Below the pieces are notes generated by a model. It was not told the origin of the DNA and made no database searches. It saw only the letters and a list, made by a program, of their open reading frames with translations. A stretch of DNA of 64,000 nucleotides from Hyphochytrium catenoides (taxonomy: Eukaryota; Protista; Hyphochytriomycota): contig FLMG01004137.1 of the NCBI GenBank assembly GCA_900088475.1, positions 114,337 to 178,336 on the forward strand, written 5' to 3'. The position numbers were made by a program, and so were the translations under genes. This document shows positions 1-12,908 of the stretch, one piece after another (positions within the stretch are counted from its first letter, which is position 1; each line of letters begins with the position of its first letter).

Positions 1-1021
1 TCCTAATAGCCTAATAGAAGTTTTAGGGACTCCGTTATGCTTCAGTGCTTCTAAATCTTGCTCTACACGCGAGATTAATACTCTCTTCCAGGGCTCTCCT
101 GATCCTACCGCTTCTATGGATGCTAACGCCTCCTGAATCTTCTCCCTCTCCATACGAGCGCGCAGCTCGTTCTCTTTCTTTTTCTCGAGGTCCATCATTA
201 TCCGCTTGATTGCTTCATCATCCTGGACGAAAGAGGAAATGGGACTTTCAGCAAGCTACGATCTCCGTAAGCACCTCCGAACGGCTAACCTCCTTCTTCT
301 TCATTCTAGACTGCTGCTGGTTGATTTTGAGCTGCTTGGCCTTTTCCGCCAACTCCAGTTCCCTCTGCTTTGTGATCTTCATCCTAGATGATTCACAACG
401 TCATTTCCAAGGCTATCTTTTAAATGGCAGTAGTACATGCTATTGGGCTTACTTTAGGGCACTGAGTGCCATTTCGTTTTGCATGATGCCGTTTCGCATC
501 GCCTCGAGGCTTAGCTTGCCAATTTCAGGATCTTCCACTCGCTCATTCAAATAACTCTGGACGTCCTCGAAGGTCAGAATCTTTCCTTCTTCCTGCAAAT
601 CGCCTTTAGCTTATCTATCTTCTGAAGCTCAATGATGCCCTGTGTCACCTTTCTTACCGCATCGACACCTGTGAGAGTCTTCTGAAGTGCGACCGGATCG
701 TAATAACTGCTGTTGACACAGAACTAAGAGGTTGCGTCAGAAGTGATGAGCACTTTTCAACACAGTGGGAAGCGAGAGAAGGCGAACCTTCTGCTTGTGG
801 TTGGCAAGTTCTTCGGCCGACGGGAATACCATGTGACAATCTCTAGTAGATGGACGTGAAGGGATGAGCAAGTGGCAATCATAAAGTAAACGTCATGGTA
901 ACTACCTGCAAGAGTTTTCCACAAACGTGTTCGAGCTCGAAGTGGTCATGCCCAACGCATCAGAGGCTTGCCTGGGTGAGCCTCCTTTGGTAGAGGATGT
1001 TCTCGAACCTCTTCTATCCAT
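1..1021 (-). CDS. CCDC17-like protein (N-terminal C2HC zinc finger + coiled coil), multi-exon, continues off the left edge
   Basis: Spliced translation MDRRGSRT...NSCR|DCHMVFPSAEELANHKQK|FCVNSSYYDP resembles the CxxCxMxF...HxxxFC N-terminus of CCDC17. It is followed by LTFEDVQSYL and charged coiled-coil exons with canonical GT-AG introns. Confidence 0.55.
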
Positions 1022-1882
1022 GGTTGCTGCTTGTTTGCTAGTAACACTTGATTTCGCACTCGCCACGTTCACTAATCTCAGTCTATCCCATCGTGTATTC
1101 AACCTGATAGCGGAACTGGGCTCGCAGTAGCCTAACCACCAGCTCCAGCTGAATCTATCCTGGCGAAGTGTCTCCGCAAAGTGGAGACTGCAGGGAGCTC
1201 ATTTCCGTAACTTAGACTATTCCTGCATGAAGCGAGGCGCCATTCGCTTGAAACAATATTGAAGCCTGACGGTGACAGAAGCCATTCCCTAAAGTCTTCT
1301 CGCTTTGAGTTCTCAGTGTGACGGGTGCTAACAGGTCTATTGGGCTATTTGGTCCAGTCGACGTGCACCTGCGAATCAGCGCTACTCCGCTCGCCTCAGT
1401 TCGCCATCACTTGTTCGTCCTGTTCCATTCTCCACAAGCGCTGTCCGCTTGATGTTTATTAGCCTGTAAACAGAGCTGTCAATGGATTTCTAGCGCTTAC
1501 AATTGATTGCCACCAAGGCGAGGAATGACCTTTCCCAACTATGAACTACCAATCCCTTCTTATCCCTGAAAGGTTTCCAGGAAAGAAATTACGGAACTTT
1601 AGGCCTTACATCACACTAACGAAAGGGGATGATAAAAAGAATTCAACCAAGTGAAGCCTTCGAAATCTTCCCGTTCCTGGGGGAAGAGAGGGGAACAATC
1701 AGAAGTGAAAGTAACGCCTTCCCACAAAAGTCTCTTCATGAAGACGCGATGAGCTCTAATAACATTACCTAGACTCCTGCTTTCGTAGCTCGCTCCATCC
1801 TCCCAGGCACCCAGCAAGCGCCAAGATTGCGGAGCCACTAAAAGACCATGCGAACAGTGAAAGCGTGCAAGGATATTGCAAG

Positions 1883-3036
1883 ATGACGGAGCCATCTCTG
1901 CCAAACGGTCCGACAAGTACGGTCTCGGAAGGCCAGCGTGGGCTGAATGAGATACTTGCATCCGCGAAAGATAAGGGCGAAAGAACACGCCATGGAAAGG
2001 CAGAAGGAGAAGGCCTGCGATGGAAACCAATATTTTTCCGGGCGATTAAGAATGGCGATCTTCAAGGTAGCGTTTCAAGCTCCTTGGCTCAAACTGTTTC
2101 ACCTAATGTGCCAATCTGAAGCCGTCAGGGCCTTCGTTTACCAATATCCGAGCACCCTCTCTGCCCATTTTACAAAAGACATGGCTTCCTGGGAGCTGCA
2201 ATGGGAAACTGTCTCCTGGTATGACCTAAGGCCTAAGACTCTAGTTGCTTTTGGATCAGACACTGCTAGAAGGTGACCAAGACTTTGCAGGAACCTTTTT
2301 ATGGAGTCGACGCCTCTCTTTATAGCTAGTGCATTCTCACAGCCTAGCATCGTCAAATGGCTGTTAGAACGGGGAGCTGATAGAGAGAAGGGCTGTTACT
2401 TGCAGCTCACACCACTCAAAATAGCGGGAGAATGCTGCAAGGATGAGTATAGGACGATGAAAGCGAAGGAGTTTCTTAGGGCTCCAGCAAGAGGTAAGGG
2501 ATAGGCCCAATGTTAAACTCCGATCCGGATAAGGACTAATGCGGCTTCTTCAGTACCTGAACCCCCGGATTCCCTGAGCTTTGCCTACCAGCTCACAACT
2601 GAGCGTATCGTGGAGGAGATTAGAGTTCCTGCAGAAGGTTCGTGTCGTCTCGCAGCTTTAGTTGTCCTGGCGCGACTTACAACTTCATCTGACAGGCGGT
2701 AGCTCAGAGGGGGCCATAGTCCCAAAGCTCGAAGCGCGACTAGTAAAAAGTTGCATAGCACGCGTTTCCTGGGAGGCTCCCAACTCCAATGGAGCGTTGA
2801 TAAGCTTATACTATGTTCGCTACCGTCAAGTAGAGATCAAATCTGAGGATGGGAGGACGGAGAATGAGGGACAGTGGAAGAAGCTCCAATCGACGCATGC
2901 ATCTGTATCCCACATCCAGTACATAGATCTCCAGGCCCTAAGGCCAAACACCTCCTACCAGGTGACTGCTTGTTCACAGAATGCTGTTGGCATAGGGGAA
3001 TGGGGTCTTGTGCAGACATTCACTACCCCTGCATAA
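1883..3036 (+). CDS. Ankyrin-repeat + fibronectin type III domain protein (multi-exon)
   Basis: Ankyrin motif TPLFIASAFSQPSIVKWLLERGAD. FN3 motif VSWEAPNSNGALISLYYVRYR...LRPNTSYQVTACSQNAVGIGEW. Exons join in frame at GT-AG sites. Confidence 0.8.
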
Positions 3037-3120
3037 AAGGCGGATGGATGCCGCGCAGCAAGCTGTGTAAACAAAGATCCGTAGGTTGCTTGTCGCGTAG
3101 TTTATGTTAAGAAAATTCTA

Positions 3121-5264
3121 TTACTCTACATGCAGGAGGTGGCTCAGAAACTCTTTCAACAGCTCGTCCATCACAAGTCGAGCAGATTCGTCTCTTTGCG
3201 CCAACTGGTTTGCATGACCAGCGATGAACCTGAAACATGCCAGGGTCAGCTCTGGTGGACCCTGTGAGACGGCTTGTTGAAAGATGTTGTTGATGTTGTC
3301 CGAAGTGAGCTTCATAGCAAGGAGAAGCGAGAGTTTACGGACTTGTTGGGAAAACTTCAGCTTAACAGCCACCTGAAGTAGATGAAGCAGTGAGGCGGAG
3401 GTACCGGCATCTAAGAGTTGTTCGCTTAGACAGTTGTCTGAGTAGATAAACTTGAAAAGTCTCTCGACAGCGAGAGGATCTCCATCTGGCATTGATACTT
3501 CTCCTGAGGTGTCCTTTGGTGCCTCCGAAGATAAATAAACGCGTGACATGTGGAAGCAGAAGCGTTCTCTATTTGGCCCAACAAAAACGGCCAAATCTGT
3601 TGGGGTCGTCGCAAGCACACCAGTGTCCTCCAATAGGGCCTTCTCTTCAGCTGCGGACATACCGCCAACATTCATTTGGACGAGCGGAAGTATGGCTGAA
3701 AGAAACTCTCCCACAGCAGTGGGTCCAGCGCCTCTCATCCTAAGCATGTCTAATATCGAGTCTAAACCTCCCTCTTCCGCGAACAAGGTCCGTAGTTTTG
3801 GAGCCCCAAAGCTAAGGTACACCAGAGCCACAGCTATGTTAATGCGGAGACTTTCGTTACCTTCCATATTCAATGTTCTCATCAGCAGGTGGAGCACGGG
3901 ACCTCTGATGCTGTCACGTAGCTTCTTCACCACCCCCGTGGCCAGGCTAGCGAGTTGTTGATGCGGCGATGCATAGTAGGAGTATAGAGTCGGCACACAG
4001 CCCTGCTCTATAACTGGCAATAGAGCTTCGCCATCGCCTTCCAGCAGCTGGTTTAGACAGTCGATTGCGGCAGAAGAGACTTCTTCTAGGGAGTGGCTAA
4101 CCAACTTGGTTACCTTCAATAAGCATCCCGACCTGCGCAAATGGCTGAGGATGCTTCCGCTATGGCTCAGGCTGGCGTTTAGTACCTTCTGCATCGAGAT
4201 AACTGCAGCTGCCTGTATATCCAGAGACTCGGATTTTAGGGCATTCACTATCAAATCTAGACCACCCCTTCTATGAAGGTCCCTACTTATGGCGGACTCC
4301 GCGACTGCACAAAAGGCAAGCGCGGTGAGCGCGTGCTCCACCATGACTAAGCGGTCAGTGTCATTTACAGGGTCACTGAGAGAGTCCTACGGAAATGGAA
4401 CTACTAAATCAGAGAGGACCAAAGTGGCAAAGGAACGTGCGTTGAGCAATAAATCATACCTGCTTCTCCATTGATCCTACTGCCAGAGCTTCCTTGCCAG
4501 TGGTGATTAGTGTGGGCCACAGATTCTTATCGACAACCTCTTTGCAGAATGACATGTCTGCCTCACAACCGTTTGCGATGGCAGCCAATGCATATTCCTG
4601 AATTTGACCTTTTCGGCTTAAGAGTGAGAACAGTGTCTGGACACCCCCAGCACTAACCACCTTCTGGGTAGTTGGCGGACTACCGTACATTAGACTTCCA
4701 ACACTGAGAGTCGTCGCTGAGATTAGAATGTCGTCATTCATTGGCATTGAATGAGATGAAGCTTGAGCCAGATTATCGCATAGTGAGTCCAAGATGCCAG
4801 TTTCATTGAGCAACTGCGGAAGGTCTACGGACATAAAGGTGAGCAGGGCAAATAGAAGACAAGACTTAGTCGAAAGAGGTTCATACCGCATTGACTTCTG
4901 GGCAATCTAGCTATATATTCATCTGCCAGGGTAGCAAAGGCTGCTATGGTTCCCGTGGAACTAGCCTTGAGGACAACATCATCACTGTCTAAAAAGTTCT
5001 TCAGCTTGTGCCATAGTTGTGGCGTCTGGCTTGCGAGAACACTGGCTGCAAACTACCATAAGTCAGAGCGTTTGTCAGCCCATTTCTGGATGAAGGCCGC
5101 AACAGCGCGACACCAACCTCTTCCTTGCTCTGAACCGCATTTGATAAAATTAGAGCTGCATTCTCCGCTACGCCGGGCTTAGCTGATCTCAGGAGCTGCA
5201 GTGCTTGCTGAATACCACCGATGCGAAGAAGGTCTCGCTCTATATCTGCCACGGTTGGCAACAT
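3121..5264 (-). CDS. Armadillo-repeat protein with C-terminal BTB/POZ(-BACK-like) domain (ARIA/ABAP1-like layout)
   Basis: ARM repeats (VVSAGGVQTLFSLL, RRGGLDLIVNAL, AEEGGLDSILDML). Degenerate BTB: TDLAVFVG...FCFHM...DPLAVERLFKFIYSD. Start codon is approximate. Confidence 0.7.
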
Positions 5265-6151
5265 GTTGTCTGCTATGAATGACAGGGAATGAAGCAAGCA
5301 TATCCTTCCGCCACCGCCGGCTGGCCGCAGGTAGTATGAGAAGCTTACTACTGGCCGACTATGTAGAACGGCTAATGTGGACTAAATGAAGCCAATCCTC
5401 GCTTTGTTTGCGGAAAGGGAAGGGTTGCTACAGTACAGTCCTGGCATGTGCTCAACAACTATGACACTGGCCAAAGTCTGCAGCAAGAAGTCCTTTGATG
5501 AGCGGGAGGGTCTTATTGTCACAGAGCCGCTAACGGTGAATGAATGTAACGATCAAGACATCACTTCGTTGTGGCAGTTCTCCAGGTCGAAGCAACAGAA
5601 CAGTAGAACTAAAATAAGGCCCTAATAAGGCCTTACAAGTACTTGTAGAAGTATTACCACTCTTTGGCAAACATTTCCGCGACCTCAATCAGAACGTGGT
5701 TCTGTTTCTACTACTGTAAGGCCTTAACCTTAAGTAGGACTCGCAATGAGGCCGAAGGGATGATGGATTTAGAAAATGCTTTCCGTAGATTGGATTTCGG
5801 TTGGTTGGATGATTGTTATTGGAAGACGTCGAAAATCATTCTCGAGTGTGATAGCAAAAGATATGGAACAAGAGGAAGGTGGGCAAATGGCTCTGAGAGG
5901 AGTACGCAAAAGGGGCCTTCAAGAAGGCTGGGAGAGGTGAATGAAGTGGAGGCAAACGCTCTCTATTATGGGCGGTGGGTTATCGGTCATGAGCCAGGAG
6001 CTTTCAACTCCGGTTCCCACAATCTGTTCGTCCCTCTAGTCAGCAAGACCTATTTCTCTCTCGTGGCAGAACTCGTATCTGAAAAACACATCAGCACACA
6101 ACAACAGCTAGCAAGCACTGGTTCTTCATCTACGGCTAGTGAAAAGGAGGC

Positions 6152-8922
6152 ATGCCGACGACTGCTTTTGTTAAGGCTAAGACTTATGGCGCGAGACCCT
6201 CATCAAGTCCCAGAAGAAGCGCTGTTTTGCAAAAGTGCTCCCAGAAGGTAAAGACGGACACCGACACAGTGACCGAGGTGCAAGCTCTCTCAGTTGTAAA
6301 AAATATGTAAGTTACATAACGATGAAGACAGCGAGGCTGCACTCCACTCTGATGAGATTATCTGCCTGCAGACTACGGCTTTCGGTATCCGAGATTTGTT
6401 ACCTACGAAGTACGTTTCGCACAATATTGGTGCATCCCTTCCATGGCTAATAACATGACGTGGGGCGGCTGCCGGTTTAGATGTTTTTCCAGAGAAAGTG
6501 TTTGCAGAGAAGAATTACGCAGGCATCGTTGCGCGCTGCCTTCAGCCCATTAAGAAAAATTCAGACGAAACTGATGGACCATCAATAGTGCTGGTGTGAT
6601 TTGGATTACAATCCAGGCAAAATGCAGGAAATAGGGCTTCTTATCTATGCTCTCTGTACAATGCTCTTCGTAATGTGCAGGATGTTGACGCTAAAGCTCT
6701 GACGAAGTGGATGGAGGAAGGAGGTAGGTTGAGAAAGGAGCTATCAACCCTCTTCAATACCTTACCTAGGCTCTCTCTCGTCAACAATATTATAGTTTTC
6801 GAGGCCCTAGAGCATCGCTATCTGGAGGTTAGCCGTAATTTTTCTTGTGGAGGAGTTTATACCTTCTTGGTCGTATCCGTCGCGTACCCTCCTTGTCACA
6901 GGCAATGGTCTTTGAAGTTTATGAACTCCCGGACCTTGACCCCAAAGAGATCTCAAGACTGAATGCTGTGAAACGAGAGAACAGATCCAGATCTGTACAT
7001 CTCTTGCCCAGGACTCTGGTAGAGAGGTATCTCGGTGTTGAAGTATACTCTCTTGCCCAGCTTATAAACGTCCCAACAGTTACGAGTTCAAGGTTTCATA
7101 TCCAGAGCAAGGACAATGGAAGATGCATGCCACCTTTTCTTCTTCACAAGAGGGGTTCTCTCAAGGGTCAACCTTTAGCACAGCCGCGGGTCTCAAGAAT
7201 CAAGCCATTATGTTGATGCGGAATCTGATTGCGCTAACAAAGAATCTGGATCCGCTCCCAGTCAACAGGTATACAAGACGGCGGCATCGAGAAGCCGAAT
7301 AGGCGCACCAACTAACCTTAGATGCTCTTTCATGAAGGTTACTATCGATGAAGCTCTATTACTTCGACGACAGGGTACCAGAGGACTTTCAGCCCAAACA
7401 TTTTGAGCTTTGCTCTATCGAGGAGGCCCCTGGCGCAATGGAAAGCGTGTCCACGGACATACATATAGTCAGTGCCATAAGGGTTCAACAACAAAGACCA
7501 CAAGCGGGCCTAGCGTTCTAACACTAGCATCTTCTTGTCGCTTAGGGCTCCCTCAAAAGCTGTCACCAGGCGCTGGAGATCAGTCTGCACACATATGAAA
7601 CGATCCCGCAAGGCCAAGCAGTAGCGACCAGCAGTAGAATGCAACCTTCGAAGCAATCCAACTCAGGTTCTATGGGACGTCCACCGTCACAGGCGGTTTG
7701 CGCCAGTGACGACGACACAGATGTCGATGTCTCGGTGCCTCTTGTTCACAAGAAGAAGGAGGACACAGCGAAGCTGCAAACTCTTTCAAGAGGCCTGGAA
7801 GATCTTGGCATCGCAGAGCAATCAAAGCAGGTGACTGATGTAGACCGTGTCGTTCGGTACGTCCTTGAGACAGGAACGGTTGTCAAACACAGGTCGGTTC
7901 GCATGGAAGAGACAAGTTAGTCCATCTTCTAATGTTTCGATGATAGGGTGGCCACCGGATGTGGTGTGAGGATGGTTCTGGTCAATCAGGCTTTTGACAA
8001 GGTACTGCACAATGGGTGCATGGCTCTTCTCTCCTCCCACCTTCCCACCACCCCTAAATAGTTTCTAACCTTTACTTCAGATGATGTCGAATGGCCTACT
8101 GAAAGGGTGCAAGGGCAAATTTCAGCTTCAAAATCCTCCCACTGTCGCTGGGAATTGCTCCATCGCTAAAGTTGAACCTCTAAACGTGGGGAATACCTCT
8201 CTGCCACGTAATGAATCAACGTCAGCCGATCCTACCGAGAGTAAGGAAACAGGGATTGCTGACGCGAACTTCGCACTGACCACTTCCGCATTGTGCAGAA
8301 GTGAAATGCTTCATCGAAACGCAGCCGATGTCTTCAAGGGTGTTCGTCGCCAAGACGGCTTCAATTTTGAAACTCTCTAAGCACGTTGTGAGCAAGGCGT
8401 TCTCACAGTTGAAAGATGAAGGGATGCTCAAGAGTCCAAAAAGCCTCGGACAGGGGCATCTAGTTCTGAAAGGTTGGTTGCAGTAGCATCGTTCTCTTGG
8501 CAAGATCTTACCCTCTTCTGGCAGGACAACCAGCAAGAGCACGAGCTGGCGGTAGCTCCGCGTCCGTGGCGTCGGCGCGCCCATTGCCTCAAAGCACCAA
8601 AAGCACAGACAACGATCCCATTCTCACTCCAGAAAATAACTTCTCTCAACAGCCACTCTCGCAAATAACAGACCAAACTAGCGGTAAGCTTTCGACTGAC
8701 TCCATTAGCTTTACCTAGAAGTCTCTGACTAATATACATATTGAAGAAGGCCCTGCAACCGCGGCCTCCTGTGCAGTCGTCAAACCGGAACCTAGCCATC
8801 ATGGCTATTTAAAGAGAAAGAAGTGTAGCGCTGTCATAGACCCTATTGTCCAGCAAGCAAGACCACTAAAACAAAGCCGAAGGCAGCCACTGATGAAGCC
8901 CTTGACCGTTGGTCTCGTTTGA
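6152..8922 (+). CDS. HOP1: Meiotic HORMA-domain protein HOP1/ASY1/HORMAD (about a dozen exons)
   Basis: Spliced HORMA domain: TEVQALSVVKNI|LRLSVSEICYLR|NVFPEKVF...DAKALTKWMEEG|VFEALEHRYLE...LMRNLIALTKNLDPLP...MKLYYFDDRVPEDFQPKHF. C-terminal KRKKCSAVIDPIVQ resembles the ASY1 closure motif. Stop TGA at 8920-8922. Confidence 0.88.
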
Positions 8923-8948
8923 AGAAGGAGGCTAAGGAGTTTATCGGC

Positions 8949-9906
8949 CTACGTCGGGACAATGTGGCAACTAATGGGTAGAGTTAGCCAGCGCACTTCT
9001 TCGCTTAACAGACAAGAATCAGGGACTTACCCTAATAAACCCCGACCGCTCCACTCCATAGGAATAAGGGATAATTCATGAAAAGTATAATTTCCATCTT
9101 CTCCCAGCCGCTTCACGCGCACCTGGGAGAAATGCGAGAGTCATGGTTGTGCATGCAGAAAAAAGAAATCTGCTTTGGACTGAGCTTTATACCGGTATCC
9201 TGGTGTTGACGTTTCTTTTAACGACATCACCGACGGCTGCTAAGTTCCTATGGTTGCTGGCATCTATGCTACCGAATGCCAGGACTTGGTCATCTTGTTT
9301 CAGACCAGACGCTGCAGCTGGAGATCCTGCACGGCAGCCATGTTACAAAAAGCAGGATGTAGCAGAAGGGCAAACCCGCTGCTGCTATGGATGGACTAAC
9401 CTTCGCTGACGGATCTAACAATAGCGAATGGAGTCATTGCTGTATAATCTTGGCTTTCACGTTCTCCCACTGTTAAGTCACTTCGGTTGCTTCTTTCCAC
9501 TTGGCTCATAGGATGTGTGATCTTCAACTCGCTATGAACTCTACAGAGTGATGAAGACGATAACTCAAAGGGGGCTTGTAAGAGACCTCAAGGGATCGAC
9601 GTACTGTTCCAAACCCTTCTCTATCTTCGACATGAGCTCCTTGTAGTCAGTTTGCAAGCATGCCAGCCTGTGCCGCTTCAGTCGGACACTATAGACGTCT
9701 ATGTCAGCCCTCGGAAAGCCCTCCTGGTCAACCAAATTGCCCTTGAGCCCTGGAGCAGGAGCACCATTTAACCCTGGGGACGTCAGCTCCTCCGTGATGG
9801 CTTTGATCTCCGACTCCACATTCTCCCTTTCGGCGATCCACGCCTGTAGCTGCTTCCGTAAGCTATTCTCATGACTTTGGGCGCCCAAGGGCTCTGGTGG
9901 TGACAT
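8949..9906 (-). CDS. PSMD9: 26S proteasome assembly chaperone PSMD9/Nas2 (Nas2_N + PDZ)
   Basis: GLKGNLVDQEGFPRADIDVYSVRLKRHRLACLQTD. PDZ segment GSPAAASGLKQDDQVLAFGS and C-terminus WSGRGLLG|CHIVPT*. Confidence 0.93.
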
Positions 9907-10539
9907 GGTAGAGAGTTCTCGATGGTTCGTTTGTCACGCAACCCAAGCCAAAAGTTGCGCTTCGATTCCTCGTAATGCCTTAGTTCTATTGAAGCTTTGG
10001 AAAGCTCAAATGGAATCCTGCTTTGCCTCCGAACTGTGCAGCAACTTCTCATGATGAAGAGCCATGATCTGAGCGCCAAGCTTTCAGAAGTCTGCAGTGT
10101 TATTTATTAGGGAGGTTCTGAGAGCTGTTCTGAGAGTGTGTAGACGTACTGTACATTTCTACGAAAACTAAATCCAAAAATAAGGGAGTTTTTTCTGCAT
10201 TGACGATCAGCTGGTCCAGATCCTGTACTTTCGTTGCTCTAATAGTAACTGAAGTTCCGCTCCTCAGTGCGCACTCGAGCGCTATGCGCTGTGGGCCCAT
10301 TGTTGGTTGTTGCGCTTTGTTGCAAGACGTCCAGCACGATCAGAATCATCTCATGTTATCTCATAGTGTTTGGCGGGTAGTGGACTCGAACTTGCGGGCC
10401 TGGCGCTGCCTCATCGCCATTTATGTTTGACCTACCAACCGATCAGGGAGCAGGGGGCCTTTCATGGCCATATTTGTAAGTCGGTCTCCAAACAAGGACT
10501 AGTGTGACCCCAGACGAGCCAAGGACATCAATTAAGGTC

Positions 10540-12865
10540 ATGGAGACCGTCTATGGTGATGACGAGGACTGGGTGCCCCAAGTGGTTTTGGAGTCACCTG
10601 CTGCCAACACATTGACAGAGGAGCACACGTTAACGAACGAGCAAAACGAGAATCTCATCGCGAACTATGACGGCTATGGGGAGGACGAAAACTTTGCTGA
10701 GAATGACTATGATGATGAATACTACTATGAAGATGACGATGGTACAGAATTGGCGTTCGTGAAAAGCTTACGTGCGGACTCAAGTCTTTATTTTGCTAGG
10801 AGCTCGCGCTCAGGGTCAAGTGTCCTCCAAAGGTGGCAACTCGGTAACGTCAAGTGCAAAGACCTACCAGCCCAAGCAACATTCCATTGATAAGATGTTG
10901 GGAAAAATGAATTTCTCCCATGGGGCTGTTGGAGAGCTAGCCCGAAGCATCAATGAGACAGAGACGAGCAGGTATGAGACCTAAAATAACTCTTCCTTGG
11001 TAGCCACGAATCTAAGCATATCGCTAGGACCAAGCACACGGGCAGAGACGATAGAGCCACCACTGAGCAAGTCCTTGACCCTAGGACACGAATGATCCTG
11101 TACAAGCTACTCAATCAAAACTTTGTGTCTGAGATTAACGGCTGCGTAAGCACAGGCAAGGAGGCTAACGTGTACTATGCCCGAGGGCCCGAGGCAGAGT
11201 ATGCTGTGAAGATATACAAGACGTCTATTCTCGTCTTTAAGGACAGAGACAAATATGTCTCTGGGGAGTTTCGATGGAGGCACGGTTACTCGAGAAGTAA
11301 TCCCAGGAAGATGGTCAAGGTCTGGGCAGAGAAAGAAATGAGAAATTTAAAGAGGTTAGTACCCACCCCTGCATAATTGCAAAGGCATAACAGACGCCAA
11401 GAGCGTAGGAAGAAAATCTTCGAGGGTGACAACTAGTGAACAAGGTTTGAGATTGCTATATGTGTGGTGTAAGTACAGCCGCTATGCGAGTGGATTAGGT
11501 TGAAGCTGGAGAGCAAAATCATGGCTGACCCACTGAGTTTACCTGCAGACTGCAAACGGCCGGGGTATTATGTCCCACACCAGTGTTACTGCGGCTTCAT
11601 GTGCTAGTCATGGAGTTTTTAGGGAAGAATGGATGGTAGGCCGCTTATGAAAAGCCCTTATGACCTATGGACTGTCTTCTTCTCTTGTCATTTCGGTCGT
11701 TTATTGGCTAGTCTATGCCCTTGTTGCTGCCTCAAATCGTCATGCTAAAATTTTGACCTTGACTGCTATTAGTTGTTTCCCGGTGTGACATTCTTGCTTC
11801 ATCTCCGCTGACGAGACAGATGATCCTTACAGTTATCCCTTACATGCAGGCCATCCCCGCGTCTAAAGGACGCACAGCTTAGCTCCGAAAAGCTGTCTTC
11901 TCTGTTTGTCGAGCTCATCAAAATGATGCGCGTTATGTACCAGAAGTGCCACTTGGTACATGGAGACTTAAGCGAGTATAATATCCTCTACCATCAAAGC
12001 AAGCTCTACATCATCGATGTGTCCCAGTCAGTTGAGCATGACCACCCGAGTGCGTCAGAGTTCCTTCGCATCGACTGCAGGAACGTCTGCGACTACTTTG
12101 GAAGGCAAGGCGTGATGGTGCCGACAGTCAGGGTACTTTATGACTTCATCACGAAGGATAGGATAGACGACAACAAAGTGGATAAGCACATTGCCGACTT
12201 GTTACAAGATGCCGCACACCGACCTACAGAGAAGACAGCGGAGGAAGAAATAGATGAAGCGGTTTTTATGAATTCTTTCATCCCCCGCTCGTTGCAAGAG
12301 GTACGGCATTACGAGCAAGACTATGAGGACATGCGAGCGGGAAAGGTAGACGTCGCACTGGCGCAGGCCCTTTCGACATTAGCCCCTCAGGACGAGGGGA
12401 CCATCCAATATTCCGTAAGTCGATCAAAGTTTGTCATTAATATTCCCAGGCCATGCCTCTAGTTGCCTCTTACAACTCCGTTCTCGACAATAGCAGTCAC
12501 AGGAGGAGGAGAGTGAAGAAAGTGGGGAAGAGCATAGCGCGAGTGAGGAGGATGAAGAGGAGGATGCGGAGGACGATGGTGACGACGAAGACGCGACTGA
12601 TGAGGATGAAGAGCGTGAGGCCAAGCTAAAGCGGAAAGCAGAGTCTCGGGAAGAGGCAAGGAAATGTAAGGAAGAGGAGAAGAAGAAGCAGAAGGTACGG
12701 TATCCGTTATCAGGACAGAAACGTTAGACGTACAACTCATCTCTGCTTTTGCAGGAGAATAAAAAGCTAGTTAAAGAAGAAAAGAGAGAGAAGCGGAAGA
12801 CAAAAATCCCAAAGCATGTGAAGCGAAGACAGAAGAAACTCGCGAAACAAGGGGGTAAAAAGTGA
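10540..12865 (+). CDS. RIO1: Serine/threonine kinase RIO1
   Basis: [82 protein letters not shown]. Acidic then Lys-rich C-terminal tail. Confidence 0.95.
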
Positions 12866-12908
12866 ATAGCCTTCTTCTCTCCTATTTTCTTTCTGTATAA
12901 TACATGTA

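Noticed and set aside
5664-6251. 195-aa plus ORF upstream of and overlapping HOP1
   Set aside because: Different frame from the HORMA-coding exon that starts at 6152, and no recognisable domain. Probably a chance ORF in the divergent promoter region.
8890-8981. Apparent antisense coding overlap between the plus gene and the last PSMD9 exon
   Set aside because: The frame carrying the HOP1 closure-like motif stops at 8922, before the PSMD9 stop at 8949.
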